A stretch of DNA of 46,361 nucleotides from an uncultured Bacteroidales bacterium (GCA_947167395.1 CAMVHW010000001.1:1-46361), one strand, 5' to 3'; shown: positions 1 to 9,733, numbered from the stretch's first letter. Notes: generated by a model from the sequence alone, not told the origin. Translations and numbers: made by a program.

Positions 1-120
1 GCAGTAAGTGGAGGTGGGAAGAGGGGAGTGTGGTGGGGTGGAGGATAGCGCAGCTGAATACGGCGAAGCAAAGAGGGGGGAGGGGGAGGGGGGGGGTGGG
101 GGATAGAGAGAGAGGATAGA
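1..120. repeat. Purine/G-rich low-complexity tract (G3-G8 runs, then a GA-dinucleotide run)
   Basis: Read directly: ...gaggtgggaagaggggagtgtggtggggtggagg...agaggggggagggggaggggggggtgggggatagagagagaggatagagagagag. There are at least four closely spaced G-runs, so it is G-quadruplex-capable on the + strand. Confidence 0.6.
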
Positions 121-143
121 GAGAGAGAAATATATAGACAGAG

Positions 144-170
144 GCAGGCGGCAAAGGGGTTGCCGCCTGC
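144..170. terminator. Perfect 11-bp stem / 5-nt loop hairpin, possible intrinsic terminator (strand ambiguous)
   Basis: gcaggcggcaa-agggg-ttgccgcctgc. It is followed on + by tattctttgt and on - by a pyrimidine-rich run. It lies downstream of gcvT (-) and of whatever + gene precedes the window. Confidence 0.4.
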
Positions 171-210
171 TATTCTTTGTATTCCTATTATAATAATTAT
201 ACCAATGAAA

Positions 211-342
211 GAAGATAGAAACAATATAAACGATTTATAGCAATTATCCTATTAGAAGATAGGAACAATATAAACGATTTATAGCAATTATCCAATTAGA
301 AGATAGAAACAATATAAACGATTTATATAATTATACAAAGAT
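211..342. repeat. 44-bp tandem repeat, 3 copies (unit starts at 211, 255, 299), plus a degenerate partial copy at ~360-388
   Basis: The unit gaagatag(a/g)aacaatataaacgatttatagcaattatcc(t/a)attag recurs with an exact 44-nt period. The core atataaacgat occurs four times. Confidence 0.85.
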
Positions 343-395
343 ATAAAAGACAAGATTGAAGATATATAATAGGAATGATATAAACGATAGGGGGG

Positions 396-1475
396 TTATT
401 TGACCACGGTAGCGGGGCAGAGTTTTTCACGGATTTTAACGTAGATAACGGTGTCGGGGTTTTTGTAGTCAATCTTGACATAGCCCATACCGATGCCTTG
501 TTTGGTATTGGGCAGCATAATGCCTGATGTTACGTTACCTATTGTTTCTCCTTCAGCGTTGCATATTTCGTAGCCGTTACGCGGTATGGCACGTTCTTGC
601 ATAATGAAATGAACCAAGCGGCGTGTCAAACCCTGCTCTTTCTGGCGGAGTAGGAAGTCTTTGTCGATAAAGTCTTTGGCGTTGAATTTAGTAATCCATC
701 CGAGACCTGCTTCGAGTGGTGAGTGTTCGTCGTCGATGTCGTGTCCGTAGAGGCAGAACCATTTTTCGAGGCGGAGGCTGTCGCGTGCGCCGAGTCCGAT
801 AGGAGCGAGTCCGTAATCTTTACCCACTTCGAAGAGGGCGTCCCAAATTTGTTTGCCGTATTCTTTTTTGAAATAGAGCTCGAATCCTCCTGCGCCTGTA
901 TAGCCTGTGTTGCTGAGTATGACGCCTTGTACACCTGCGAAACTCCATTCGCGGAAGCAGTAGTAGGGAATGGCAGCGAGTTCAGCGTCGGTGAGGCGTT
1001 GTAGCATTTCGGTTGCTTTGGGACCTTGTACGGCGAGTTGTCCGTATTGGTCGGAGGCGTTTTCGAGTTGAACGTTAAAGCGTTCGGTATTTTGTTGATT
1101 AACCCAAGCCCAGTCTTTGTCTATATTGCCGGCATTAACGACGAGAAGGTATTTGGTAGTGGAGTACATATAGAGAATGAGGTCGTCCACTATACCGCCT
1201 TTACCGTTAGGGAAGCAGGTGTATTGTGCTTTACCCGGTGTGAGAGCGGATACGTCGTTAGTGGTGATGTATTGGAGGAAGTCGAGTGCTTTTTCTCCTT
1301 TTACCCAAAATTCTCCCATGTGGCTTACGTCGAATACTCCTACTCCGTTACGTACAATGAGGTGTTCTTGGTTGATGCCTGTTGGGTATTGAATAGGCAT
1401 ATTAAAACCGGCGAAGTCAGCCATTTTAGCACCCAGAGCGATATGGGTTGCCGTAAAAGGTGTTTCCTTTAACAT
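396..1475 (-). CDS. gcvT: Glycine cleavage system aminomethyltransferase (T protein)
   Basis: 359-aa [33 protein letters not shown]...[11 protein letters not shown] is the canonical GcvT N-terminal signature, and the length is typical. Confidence 0.95.
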   Translation of the reverse strand: MLKETPFTATHIALGAKMADFAGFNMPIQYPTGINQEHLIVRNGVGVFDVSHMGEFWVKGEKALDFLQYITTNDVSALTPGKAQYTCFPNGKGGIVDDLILYMYSTTKYLLVVNAGNIDKDWAWVNQQNTERFNVQLENASDQYGQLAVQGPKATEMLQRLTDAELAAIPYYCFREWSFAGVQGVILSNTGYTGAGGFELYFKKEYGKQIWDALFEVGKDYGLAPIGLGARDSLRLEKWFCLYGHDIDDEHSPLEAGLGWITKFNAKDFIDKDFLLRQKEQGLTRRLVHFIMQERAIPRNGYEICNAEGETIGNVTSGIMLPNTKQGIGMGYVKIDYKNPDTVIYVKIREKLCPATVVK

Positions 1476-1512
1476 AGTGATGGTTATTTTTTAGAGTTAA
1501 TGTTAAGTTGTC

Positions 1513-2724
1513 TTATGCGTTTTGTACGATTTTGAGAATGACCTCCATTGCTTTTTGCATACTTGGAATTGGGAGGTATTCGAATCGTGAGTGGAAGTTT
1601 TCACCTCCTGCGAATATATTTGGGCATGGGAGTCCTTCGAAGGATAGTCTGGCACCGTCCGTACCTCCTCTGATAGGTTGGACTTTGGGTGCGACCCCGA
1701 CTTCTTTCATTGCTTTTTCGACGAGTGTAACTATGTGCATTACGGGTTCTACTTTTTCGCGCATATTGTAGTATTGGTCGCGTATGGTAATTTCTATTGT
1801 TCCTTGTCCGTATTGTTCGTTGAAGGCGTGTGCGAGTTGCTGCAATAGGTCTTTACGGTCGAGGAAGTGTTGGTGGTCGTGGTCACGAATGATGAAGGCG
1901 AGTGTGGCTTCTTCGACAGAGCCTTGGAAGGAAGTTATATGGAAGAATCCTTCATATCCATTTGTTTGTGCGGGTGTTTCGTGTTGTGGCATACGTTCGA
2001 GCCATTCTTGTGCTATGAGAATGGCGTTTTTCATTTTGCGGTAGCCGTATCCGGGGTGGACGTTAACGCCGTGAATAGTCACTTTACAGGAGGCGGCGTT
2101 GAAGTTTTCGTATTCGAGTTCCCCTATTGCACCTCCGTCCATAGTGTATGCGAAGTCGCAGCCGAATTGTTTGACATCGAAGTGGTCGGCACCTTGTCCT
2201 ATTTCTTCGTCGGGAGTGAAGCCGATGCGTATTTTGCCGTGTTTGATTTCTGGGTGTTGGATAAGGTATTCGCAGGCAGAGATTATTTCAGCGACCCCTG
2301 CTTTGTCGTCTGCGCCGAGGAGTGTAGTGCCGTCTGTAACGATAATGTCTTGTCCTTTATACTTACGTATTTCGGGGTATTTGGCTGTTTCAAGGACGAT
2401 GTTGAGTTCTTCATTGAGGAGAATGTCTTCGCCGTTGTAGTCAGTGATTATACGTGGTTTGATATTTTCTCCAGAGGCATCGGGTGCGGTGTCCATGTGA
2501 GCGATGAATCCGATGGTAGGTTTGCCTTCGGTATTAGCGGGAAGGGTAGCCATAAGATAGCCGTTATGGTCGAGGGTTACGTCTTGGAGTCCGAGTTGGA
2601 GCATTTCGTCGCGGAGGTATTGAGCCAAGACCATTTGTCCCTTTGTAGAGGGTGTGAGGTTAGTGTTTTCATCGGAAGTGGTATGAAAACTGACGTATTT
2701 GAGGAATCGTTCGGTGATAGTCAT
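1513..2724 (-). CDS. pepT: Peptidase T (M20B tripeptide aminopeptidase)
   Basis: 403 aa. Motifs [23 protein letters not shown] and IRGGTDGA, and the start [19 protein letters not shown], are typical of PepT. Confidence 0.93.
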   Translation of the reverse strand: MTITERFLKYVSFHTTSDENTNLTPSTKGQMVLAQYLRDEMLQLGLQDVTLDHNGYLMATLPANTEGKPTIGFIAHMDTAPDASGENIKPRIITDYNGEDILLNEELNIVLETAKYPEIRKYKGQDIIVTDGTTLLGADDKAGVAEIISACEYLIQHPEIKHGKIRIGFTPDEEIGQGADHFDVKQFGCDFAYTMDGGAIGELEYENFNAASCKVTIHGVNVHPGYGYRKMKNAILIAQEWLERMPQHETPAQTNGYEGFFHITSFQGSVEEATLAFIIRDHDHQHFLDRKDLLQQLAHAFNEQYGQGTIEITIRDQYYNMREKVEPVMHIVTLVEKAMKEVGVAPKVQPIRGGTDGARLSFEGLPCPNIFAGGENFHSRFEYLPIPSMQKAMEVILKIVQNA

Positions 2725-2747
2725 ATAGAGATAAGTTGTATGTTAAA

Positions 2748-2776
2748 CGAGGCAGTTGTTGGGATAAACTGCCTCG
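2748..2776 (-). terminator. Hairpin downstream of the exbBD operon (10-bp stem)
   Basis: cgaggcagtt-gttgggata-aactgcctcg. On the minus strand it is followed by tttaacat. It lies between the exbD stop (2813) and the pepT start (2724). The U-tract is weak. Confidence 0.45.
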
Positions 2777-2812
2777 CATAATTATAGACGAAAACTCGGG
2801 TGAAGGTAGAGT

Positions 2813-3283
2813 TTAGTAGTTAGTACGTTGTGTTGCTGCATAACTGATTTTCAGTGCGTATGCTCTTCTCAACTCTTGTTTGATGTCTGAGATAACACCC
2901 ATACGTGTTTCTTTGTCGGCTTTGATAGAGACTGTCATCAGGCCTTGGTCTTGTTCGTTCATAGCCGAGCGTTCGTTAATGATGAAGTCTCCGATTTCGC
3001 TTTTGTCTGCAAAAGCGTCGTCGAGTTGGATACGTGTTTCTGCACCGTATTGTTTACGGAACTCGGCGGTAGGAGTACCGACGTAGATATATCTGACGAG
3101 TGATTTCTTCTCGAGTTTGGTGAGTTCGGTTGCTTGTGGTGTGGTGAACTGCACCTTATATGTTACTTCTTTCATAGAGGTAACTGACATAAAGAAGAAG
3201 AGTAGCATAAAGATGATGTCGGGCAGTGAACTGGTGTTAAGAGCCGGCATTTCTCTTTTTTCATTTCTACGAATCTTAGCCAT
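2813..3283 (-). CDS. exbD: ExbD/TolR-family biopolymer transport protein
   Basis: 156 aa. It has a single N-terminal TM (LPDIIFMLLFFFMSV) followed by a periplasmic domain, and it is the last gene of an exbB-exbD-exbD cluster. Confidence 0.85.
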   Translation of the reverse strand: MAKIRRNEKREMPALNTSSLPDIIFMLLFFFMSVTSMKEVTYKVQFTTPQATELTKLEKKSLVRYIYVGTPTAEFRKQYGAETRIQLDDAFADKSEIGDFIINERSAMNEQDQGLMTVSIKADKETRMGVISDIKQELRRAYALKISYAATQRTNY

Positions 3284-3285
3284 AA

Positions 3286-3867
3286 TCAGTTTCCTCCATA
3301 GTTTTTAGGTTCAGCCTCAGAAATCTTTTGGGGATATATCTTTTGGATACGTTTTTGTGTATCTTCGTCCAACTCGTTGTAGGGAACGTGGAAATACTTA
3401 CGGGCACATTCGTCGCGCAGTTCGTTGTAGGCAGCCACGAGTTCGTTTTGCACATTCAGGTATGCTTGGTAGTGTGTGTCCACATCGTTTTGCACGGAGA
3501 TGACGTGTTCTTTGGTGTATTTGAGTGTTCCGAATGGTGCTCCGAAGTCTTCTTCGTAGAGTTTGGGATAGAAACTATCGTCGTTCTCGTTGAGGATAAA
3601 CTTTTTTGCTTCGTCTTTGAGTTGTTTAACGTCCATCAACTGTCCTTGTACCATGAGTTGGTCAGCGGAATTGATTTTAACGACCATAAGGTTACGTTTG
3701 TTAATATCTGTATCTTCCACTTTTTGGTCAGGTGGTATAGGGGCGGGCAGTCTTCTTGCCAGTCCTTGGTTGACGTCCATAGAGGTGGTTACAAGGAAGA
3801 AGATGAGCAACAGGAATGATATGTCCGCCATTGAACTGGCGTTAATCTGTGGAATCTTCTTAGCCAT
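3286..3867 (-). CDS. exbD: ExbD/TolR-family biopolymer transport protein (long form)
   Basis: 193 aa. The N-terminal INASSMADISFLLLIFFLVTTS TM is typical of ExbD. The gap to the next exbD is 2 nt. Confidence 0.8.
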   Translation of the reverse strand: MAKKIPQINASSMADISFLLLIFFLVTTSMDVNQGLARRLPAPIPPDQKVEDTDINKRNLMVVKINSADQLMVQGQLMDVKQLKDEAKKFILNENDDSFYPKLYEEDFGAPFGTLKYTKEHVISVQNDVDTHYQAYLNVQNELVAAYNELRDECARKYFHVPYNELDEDTQKRIQKIYPQKISEAEPKNYGGN

Positions 3868-3890
3868 AGTTGTTGATAGTTGTTAGACTT

Positions 3891-4367
3891 TTATTTAAGC
3901 ATTTTGGTATAGCATACTCCGAAAATCATAGCGCACAGAGTACCTCCGAGCAGTATGTATGAGAGGTAGAGGCAGGCGTCGCTGAGTCGTGCCATACCGC
4001 CTACGTTGTCCGAGCCTTCATATCCGACGATATGTACTTCTTCGGGGCTACCGAGTCCCCAGCAGATGAGTACGAGAGCGACAAAGCCGATGACAACGCA
4101 AAGTTGGCGAAGTGCTTTTTTGCGGTTGACTTTAAGGTTTTTAACGAAGTCAACGCAAACGAAGAACAGCGTAGCGAGGCATACGAGGAACACGAGGAAG
4201 TAGTTCCAGAAGAGCATTAAGTTGGAGAATTTAGGAATATCCAAGAAGTCGCCTGCGACTTCCAACGACCCTTCCGAGCCACCCACATAGAACAGTATCG
4301 AAACGGCGACACCGATTGCGAGCAGTACCCAAAGGGTAATTTGAGGAATCAATTTATAGTTTTTCAT
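3891..4367 (-). CDS. Hypothetical small integral membrane protein inside the exbB-exbD cluster
   Basis: 158 aa with about four hydrophobic helices. It sits between exbB and exbD. I recognise no family motif. Confidence 0.6.
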   Translation of the reverse strand: MKNYKLIPQITLWVLLAIGVAVSILFYVGGSEGSLEVAGDFLDIPKFSNLMLFWNYFLVFLVCLATLFFVCVDFVKNLKVNRKKALRQLCVVIGFVALVLICWGLGSPEEVHIVGYEGSDNVGGMARLSDACLYLSYILLGGTLCAMIFGVCYTKMLK

Positions 4368-4405
4368 AGGGATCGTTCAATTATTGGTTAATCAATAACG
4401 GGATA

Positions 4406-5227
4406 TTATTTCTTTTGTGCAGCGTCGTATTCTACCACGAGGTCGAGGAGGCTGATTGAACTATCTTCCATTTCGTTAACGAGTCCTTCGATGAGAGAGA
4501 GGATATAGTTATAGAAGAGTTGGAGAACGATAGCGATGATCAGACCGAGTAGTGTTGTAAGGAGGGCGACTTTGATACCGCCTGCAACGACGGTAGCGGA
4601 GATGTCACCCACTTGTTGGATTTTATCGAAGGCGGCAATCATACCGATGATGGTTCCCAAGAATCCCAACGACGGAGCGATGGAGATGAAGAGACTGATC
4701 CAGCTGAGGTTTTTCTCGAGCAGACCCATTTGCACGCCTCCGTAACTTGCGACTGTTTTTTCAACGACGTCTATACCTTCGTTATAGCGGCTGAGGCCTT
4801 GGTAGAAGATAGATGCGACGGGGCCACGTGTATTGCGGCAAACATTGAGAGCCTCGTCGATACCACCGTTTTTGAGAGCTTTTTCCACATTTTCGAGGAG
4901 TGCTTTGGTATTTGTTTTAGAGAGGCTGAGGTAGATTATGCGTTCAATGCAGAGAGCCAGACCGAAGACCAAGCAGAGGAGAGTAGCAGCCATAAAACCG
5001 GCACCACCTTCGATGAATTTTGTTTTCAGTGTTTTGTGGAGAGCCACGAGTCCGCCGTCTTCTTCTTGTACTGTTTGAGTTGTTTCGACAGCGGGTGCAG
5101 CCTCGTTAACGACTTGTTCGGTTGGTTCGGATGTTTGGTCTTGTGCTTGAACATCTTGAGCCATTGCAGCGGCATTGCCTAAGAAAAGCATTGCTAATAC
5201 GGTAAGTGATGCAAATACGTTTTTCAT
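4406..5227 (-). CDS. exbB: MotA/TolQ/ExbB proton-channel protein
   Basis: 273 aa. A signal peptide and acidic linker precede the channel core ...LSWISLFISIAPSLGFLGTIIGMIAAF... Confidence 0.88.
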   Translation of the reverse strand: MKNVFASLTVLAMLFLGNAAAMAQDVQAQDQTSEPTEQVVNEAAPAVETTQTVQEEDGGLVALHKTLKTKFIEGGAGFMAATLLCLVFGLALCIERIIYLSLSKTNTKALLENVEKALKNGGIDEALNVCRNTRGPVASIFYQGLSRYNEGIDVVEKTVASYGGVQMGLLEKNLSWISLFISIAPSLGFLGTIIGMIAAFDKIQQVGDISATVVAGGIKVALLTTLLGLIIAIVLQLFYNYILSLIEGLVNEMEDSSISLLDLVVEYDAAQKK

Positions 5228-5263
5228 TCTTTTAGAAATTTTAGTTGAGTTTTAGTTTATTAG

Positions 5264-5351
5264 CGGAAAGACGGGGATTCGAACCCCGGAAACCCTTTTG
5301 AGGTTTACACGCTTTCCAGGCGTGCCTCTTCAACCACTCGAGCATCTTTCC
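5264..5351 (-). tRNA. tRNA-Ser (anticodon GGA)
   Basis: The reverse complement reads GGAAAGATGCTCGAGTGGTTGAAGAGGCACGCCTGGAAAGCGTGTAAACCTCAAAAGGGTTTCCGGGGTTCGAATCCCCGTCTTTCCG. It has a 7-bp acceptor stem, the anticodon arm CACGC-CTGGAAA-GCGTG, a long variable arm (AAACC...GGTTT) and the T-arm CGGGG-TTCGAAT-CCCCG. CCA is not encoded. Confidence 0.93.
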
Positions 5352-5370
5352 TTTTGTTTGAAAAAGCGCG

Positions 5371-5378
5371 CAAAGATA
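5371..5378 (-). promoter_or_regulatory. Candidate Bacteroidota -7 box (TATCTTTG) for tRNA-Ser
   Basis: caaagata on + equals TAnnTTTG on -. It lies 20 nt upstream of the mature tRNA 5' end. Confidence 0.4.
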
Positions 5379-5451
5379 CTCAAGATATTTGTTGGTACAA
5401 AAAAAAGTTTTATTTTTTGCTATTTTTATATATCAAAAATTGAAATGTGTT

Positions 5452-5459
5452 TATTTTTG
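5452..5459 (+). promoter_or_regulatory. Candidate -7 box (TATTTTTG) for panC
   Basis: It matches TAnnTTTG and lies 34 nt upstream of the panC ATG. Confidence 0.4.
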
Positions 5460-5492
5460 CGCGTTTTTTAATCCAAAAAAGTAGAAAAGTAT

Positions 5493-6347
5493 ATGCAGAT
5501 TATTAGGACGAAGAAGGAGTTGTCGGCTCAGGTAGAGGCTTGTAAGAGTCATGGTAAGACGATAGGTTTGGTGCCCACTATGGGTGCTTTGCATGCGGGT
5601 CATTTGTCATTGATCAGGCGTTCGGTGAGTGAGAACAACGTATGTGTAGTGTCCATATTTGTTAATCCGACGCAGTTTAACAACAAGGATGATTTCAAGT
5701 TGTATCCACGCACGTTGGAGCGTGATGCTGCGTTGTTGGAGAGTGAGAGGGTAGATTTTATTTTTGCTCCGACGGCGGATGAGATGTACACGAAGGAGGA
5801 GATGGAGGAGTCTTTTGTGTTTGATTTCGGCGGTTTGGACAAGGTTATGGAGGGTAAGATGCGTCCCGGTCATTTTAATGGTGTGGTACAGGTGGTGAGT
5901 CGTTTGTTTTATCTTGTTCGTCCCGATCGTGCCTATTTCGGCGAGAAGGATTTTCAGCAACTTGCCATTATTCGTTATATGGTAGGCAGGTCGTCATTGA
6001 AGGGCAGTTTCGGCAGTTTGCAGATTGTAGGTTGTCCTATAGTAAGGGAGGAGTCTGGCTTGGCTATGTCGAGTCGTAATGAGCGATTGAGTTCGGAGGA
6101 GCGTCAGACGGCTGTTAATATATCGAAGACATTGTTTGCGAGTAAGGAGTGGGCGAAGAGTATGTCAGTAAGGGAGGTAGAGCAGAAGGTGACAGACACT
6201 ATCAATGGGGTAGAGGGTTTGAAGGTTGAATATTATGAGATAGTGGATGGTGACAGTTTGCAGAGGACAGAGAGTTTTGAGAATGCGGTAGGTTGTGTAA
6301 CGGTTTATTGCGGAGAGGTGCGTTTAATAGATAATATACGTTATTAG
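5493..6347 (+). CDS. panC: Pantoate--beta-alanine ligase
   Basis: 284 aa. ...GLVPTMGALHAGHLSLIRRS... is the PanC HIGH-like signature. Confidence 0.95.
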   Translation: MQIIRTKKELSAQVEACKSHGKTIGLVPTMGALHAGHLSLIRRSVSENNVCVVSIFVNPTQFNNKDDFKLYPRTLERDAALLESERVDFIFAPTADEMYTKEEMEESFVFDFGGLDKVMEGKMRPGHFNGVVQVVSRLFYLVRPDRAYFGEKDFQQLAIIRYMVGRSSLKGSFGSLQIVGCPIVREESGLAMSSRNERLSSEERQTAVNISKTLFASKEWAKSMSVREVEQKVTDTINGVEGLKVEYYEIVDGDSLQRTESFENAVGCVTVYCGEVRLIDNIRY

Positions 6348-6348
6348 A

Positions 6349-7293
6349 GTGCGTATAATAATTGATAATCAGATACCTTTTTTAGGAGGCGTTTTTCCGT
6401 CGTCTTTTGAAGTTAGTTGTCTGCCTTTCGACGAGATTACGAGAGAGTCTGTCAGAGAGGCAGATGCTTTGTTTATTCGCACGAGGACGCGGTGTGACGG
6501 GGAGTTGTTGGAGGGTTCGAAGGTAAGGTTTATAGCGACAGCGACGATAGGTTATGACCATATAGACAGGCAGTATTGCGAGGCGAATGGTATTGTTTGG
6601 GTATCTTGTCCGGGATGTAATTCGCAGGCGGTGTGTGATTATGTGGAGGAGGCTATCAGGTATTGCAAGCCGATGTTAGGCAGTTGCAGTTCGATAGGAG
6701 TGGTTGGTGTAGGTCATGTAGGTCAGAAGGTGTCTGCTATGGCGAGGAGGATGGGGTTGGAGGTAGTGGAAAATGATCCTCCGAGAGGTATATGGGGCGA
6801 TGTAAGCGGGTGTGATATAATAACTTATCATACACCTCTGACATATGATGACGGAAGGGAGCGGTATTATTCGTACCACTTATGTGACAGTACGTTTTTG
6901 TCGCGTTTGCGTTCTGATGCGTTGATTATCAATGCAGCGAGGGGTGGAGTGGTAGATGAGGAGGCTTTGTTGAGCAGCGGCAGGAAGTGTGTGATTGATT
7001 GTTGGGAGGGTGAGCCGTGTGTGAGAGAGGAGTTGGTGAAGTCGGAGAATACGTTGTTAGCGTCCTTTCATATAGCGGGTTATTCGTTGGAGGGTAAGCG
7101 TAATGCTTCGCAGATGTGTTTGGACGCTTTTTGCAGGCAGTATGATATGAAACCAATTCAGTTGCCTTTGATAGGAGAAACGGGTATAGAGCGAGGAGAT
7201 AGTGAGAGGGGTTGGATAGCGAGGGTAAGCGAGCGGTTGAAGTCTTCTCCGTTGGATTTTGAGCGGTTCAGGAAAGAGTATGTCCTTCGTTGA
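6349..7293 (+). CDS. pdxB: D-2-hydroxyacid dehydrogenase family protein, probably 4-phosphoerythronate dehydrogenase
   Basis: 314 aa with a GTG start. The N-terminus MRIIIDNQIPF...ADALFIRTRTRCDGELLEGSKVRFIATATIGYDHID parallels PdxB. It has the NAD fold GVVGVGHVGQKV. It is shorter than E. coli PdxB. Confidence 0.7.
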   Translation: MRIIIDNQIPFLGGVFPSSFEVSCLPFDEITRESVREADALFIRTRTRCDGELLEGSKVRFIATATIGYDHIDRQYCEANGIVWVSCPGCNSQAVCDYVEEAIRYCKPMLGSCSSIGVVGVGHVGQKVSAMARRMGLEVVENDPPRGIWGDVSGCDIITYHTPLTYDDGRERYYSYHLCDSTFLSRLRSDALIINAARGGVVDEEALLSSGRKCVIDCWEGEPCVREELVKSENTLLASFHIAGYSLEGKRNASQMCLDAFCRQYDMKPIQLPLIGETGIERGDSERGWIARVSERLKSSPLDFERFRKEYVLR

Positions 7294-8653
7294 TGGCTTT
7301 TTTGAAGCGTTTGATTTGAACGAAGAGCATTATGCCGGCAGTGAGTGCGGAGAGAGTGTCGCTAACAGGCAGGCTCCACCACACGCCTAATATAGGTTGG
7401 GAAGTGAAGATGAGCGGTAGGAGCAGTGTGAGCGGAATGAGGTAGATGACTTGTCTTGTGAGGCTAAGGAAGATGGCTTTTCCCGCCATCCCGATGCTGG
7501 TGAAGAAGTTGCCTGTAACCATTTGGAATCCGACCATCCACATAGAGCAGCACAGGATGCGCATAGGTTGTGTGGTGGCAGCGATGAGTCGGGGGTCGTG
7601 AGTGAAGGGGAAGATCATCCATTGTGTTGCTGCTTCGCCGAGGACGAAGACGGCTCCCATAACGCAGGAGGCGCAGATGGCGGTGAGTTGGAATGCTCGT
7701 AACATACGGGCATATTTTTTTGCGCCGTAGTTATATCCGACTATGGGTTGCATACCTTGGTTGAGTCCCATAACAATCATAGCGAAGACGAATGTGAAGC
7801 GGTTGATGACCCCGTATGCAGCGAGAGCCATATCACCTCCAAAGCGAACGAGTTGGTTATTGATGATGACGACGACGAGGCAGTGTGCGAGGTTCATGAG
7901 GAAGGGTGAGGCTCCGATAGCGAATGATCGGTAGGTGATATGTTTGTCGAGTCGCCAGATGCCTTTATGAAAGTGGATGATTTCTTTTGGGTTGCAGAAG
8001 ACTGTCATTTGCCAGAGCACGGCGACGGCTTGTGAGATGATAGTGGCGAGTGCTGCACCTCGAACCCCCATATTGAGAGTGAAGATGAAGATGGGGTCTA
8101 ATATTATATTGACGGAAACGGCGACAATGGTAGCCACCATACTTATCTTGGGGTGCCCCATAGAGCGCAGCATATTGTTGAGGCCGAAGTAGATATGTGT
8201 CAGCACGTTGCCATAGAGTATGATTTCCATATAGTGTTTGGCGTATGGCAGTGTGTTGTTGCCGGCACCGAAGGCGCGTAGGATAGGTTCGAGCCATAGT
8301 AGTCCGACAATCATGACGATGAGGCTGAGGATGAGGTTGAGAACGATGACGTTGCCGAGTACTCTTCCAGCCGATTGGTAGTTTTTTTCACCGAGGAAGA
8401 TAGCGACCAGCGTGCTTGCTCCCACTCCGACGAGGCTGCCGAATGCTGCACAGATGTCCATCATCGGTTTGGCTACGGTTAGTCCGGAGAGGGCCAGTGC
8501 GCCGCAGCCGTGTCCGATGAAGATACTATCCACAATGTTGTACAACGAACTTGCCGTCATTGCGATAATAGCGGGCATAGCATACTTGAAGAGCAACTCT
8601 CGTATGGGTTGCGTTCCCAGTTCGGCGGCTTGTATGGATTTGGAGGCGGTCAT
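7268..8653 (-). CDS. MATE-family efflux transporter
   Basis: The supplied ORF 7268..8869 was trimmed to Met73 (ATG 8653-8651). The upstream 72 codons are just an alternative frame of the mrp 3' end. MTASKSIQAAELGTQPIRELLFKYAMPAIIAMTASSLYNIVDSIFIGHG is a typical MATE N-terminus with 12-TM character. The start overlaps the mrp stop as TAATG. Confidence 0.88.
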   Translation of the reverse strand: MTASKSIQAAELGTQPIRELLFKYAMPAIIAMTASSLYNIVDSIFIGHGCGALALSGLTVAKPMMDICAAFGSLVGVGASTLVAIFLGEKNYQSAGRVLGNVIVLNLILSLIVMIVGLLWLEPILRAFGAGNNTLPYAKHYMEIILYGNVLTHIYFGLNNMLRSMGHPKISMVATIVAVSVNIILDPIFIFTLNMGVRGAALATIISQAVAVLWQMTVFCNPKEIIHFHKGIWRLDKHITYRSFAIGASPFLMNLAHCLVVVIINNQLVRFGGDMALAAYGVINRFTFVFAMIVMGLNQGMQPIVGYNYGAKKYARMLRAFQLTAICASCVMGAVFVLGEAATQWMIFPFTHDPRLIAATTQPMRILCCSMWMVGFQMVTGNFFTSIGMAGKAIFLSLTRQVIYLIPLTLLLPLIFTSQPILGVWWSLPVSDTLSALTAGIMLFVQIKRFKKAINEGHTLS

Positions 8654-9690
8654 TAGGAGAGTTGGTCGGCGATGTGTAGGAAGGCTTGTGCGGCGGGGTG
8701 TCCTTGTTGGAGTGTGACAGGAGTGCCTTCGTCGCCTGACTCGCGTATGGATTGAACCAAGGGTATTTGTCCCAAGAGGGGGATTTGGAGTTCTTGTGCG
8801 AGTTTTTTGCCTCCGTCTTTGCCGAAGATATAGTAGCGATTGTCGGGCAGTTCTTGCGGTGTGAACCACGACATATTCTCAACAAGTCCGAGGATAGGAA
8901 CGTTGAGTTTTTCGTTGCGGAACATATCCACACCTTTTCTTGCGTCGGAGAGAGCGACGGGTTGGGGAGTGGTAACGACGATAGCCCCTGATAGTGAGAG
9001 TGTTTGCATAAGGGTGAGGTGAATGTCGCTTGTGCCGGGAGGTAGGTCGATAAGGAAATAGTCGAGGTTGCCCCAGTGAGCGTCGTCGATGAGTTGTTTG
9101 ATAGCGTTGCTTGCCATACCTCCTCTCCAGACGACTGCTTGTCGTGGATCCAAGAAGAAGCCGATGCTGAGCATTTTGACACCGTATTGTTCGATAGGCT
9201 CGATGAGTGTTCGTCCGTTTTCTTCAACGGAGAAGGGTCGGCAGTCTTCGGTATGGAACATCTTGGGCATACTGGGACCGTGTATATCGGCATCGAGGAG
9301 CCCCACTTGGAAGCCTTTTTGTGCGAGAGCGATAGCGAGGTTGGCAGCGACGGTGGACTTACCCACTCCGCCTTTGCCGGAATGGATGGCGATGGTATGT
9401 TTGGCGTTGAGCGAGCGTTGTGCGGTGTCCGGGGTGCGTTGAGTGAGTTTGAACTTGGTGAATACGGTGACGGCAGCGTTGGGATTGACGTAGGTCTGAA
9501 CGGCTGTTTGTGCAGCACGGACGACGGATTGAACAAAAGGATTGGTGTCGTTATCGAAGATAAGCGAAAAGGAGACTTCAAAGCCTGAGATACGGATGTC
9601 GTCTTCGAGCATACCGCTTTCAATCAGGTCTTTGCCCGTTCCGGGGTAGCGTACGTGGCGCAGTGCGTCGATGATTTGTTGTGGGTACAT
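8653..9690 (-). CDS. mrp: Mrp/NBP35/ApbC-family Fe-S cluster carrier ATPase
   Basis: 345 aa. A DUF59-like N-terminus (IIDALRHVRYPGTGKDLIESGML) is followed by the deviant Walker A SGKGGVGKSTVAANLA. Confidence 0.92.
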   Translation of the reverse strand: MYPQQIIDALRHVRYPGTGKDLIESGMLEDDIRISGFEVSFSLIFDNDTNPFVQSVVRAAQTAVQTYVNPNAAVTVFTKFKLTQRTPDTAQRSLNAKHTIAIHSGKGGVGKSTVAANLAIALAQKGFQVGLLDADIHGPSMPKMFHTEDCRPFSVEENGRTLIEPIEQYGVKMLSIGFFLDPRQAVVWRGGMASNAIKQLIDDAHWGNLDYFLIDLPPGTSDIHLTLMQTLSLSGAIVVTTPQPVALSDARKGVDMFRNEKLNVPILGLVENMSWFTPQELPDNRYYIFGKDGGKKLAQELQIPLLGQIPLVQSIRESGDEGTPVTLQQGHPAAQAFLHIADQLS

Positions 9691-9714
9691 AATGAGTGTT
9701 TAGGATATTGGCGG

Positions 9715-9722
9715 CAAAAGTA
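9715..9722 (-). promoter_or_regulatory. Candidate -7 box (TACTTTTG) for mrp
   Basis: caaaagta on + lies 25 nt upstream of the mrp ATG. A second copy at 9749-9756 lies inside the upstream gene's 3' end. Confidence 0.4.
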
Positions 9723-9733
9723 CGACAAAAATT

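Noticed and set aside
211-388. Possible CRISPR array (regular 44-nt periodicity).
   Set aside because: The 'spacer' portions are themselves nearly identical between units, there are only three units, and no cas genes are present. It is a plain tandem repeat.
1476-1512. Glycine riboswitch upstream of gcvT.
   Set aside because: Only 37 nt separate gcvT from the pepT stop, which is too short for the aptamer, and no conserved glycine-riboswitch core is visible.
1867-2781. Long antisense or alternative-frame ORFs overlapping real genes. Examples are 1867..2781 (+, 304 aa, inside pepT), 4613..5182, 8526..9623 (365 aa, inside mrp), 10391..11122, 14614..15381, 37057..37785, 38455..38982, 39461..40021 and 44642..45163.
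   Set aside because: Each lies entirely within a gene that has unmistakable family motifs in another frame or on the other strand. Their translations are low-complexity or Cys/Arg/Ser/Thr-rich with no recognisable domains. They are the expected by-product of biased third-codon composition, which suppresses stops on the opposite strand.
8654-8869. 72-codon N-terminal extension of the MATE ORF. Similar extensions occur on 9734..11737, 11606.., 23428.., 40475.. and 44234...
   Set aside because: The extensions overlap the neighbouring gene or contain the promoter box. They also encode Arg/Thr/Pro-rich nonsense. Internal Met codons give canonical N-termini or signal peptides.
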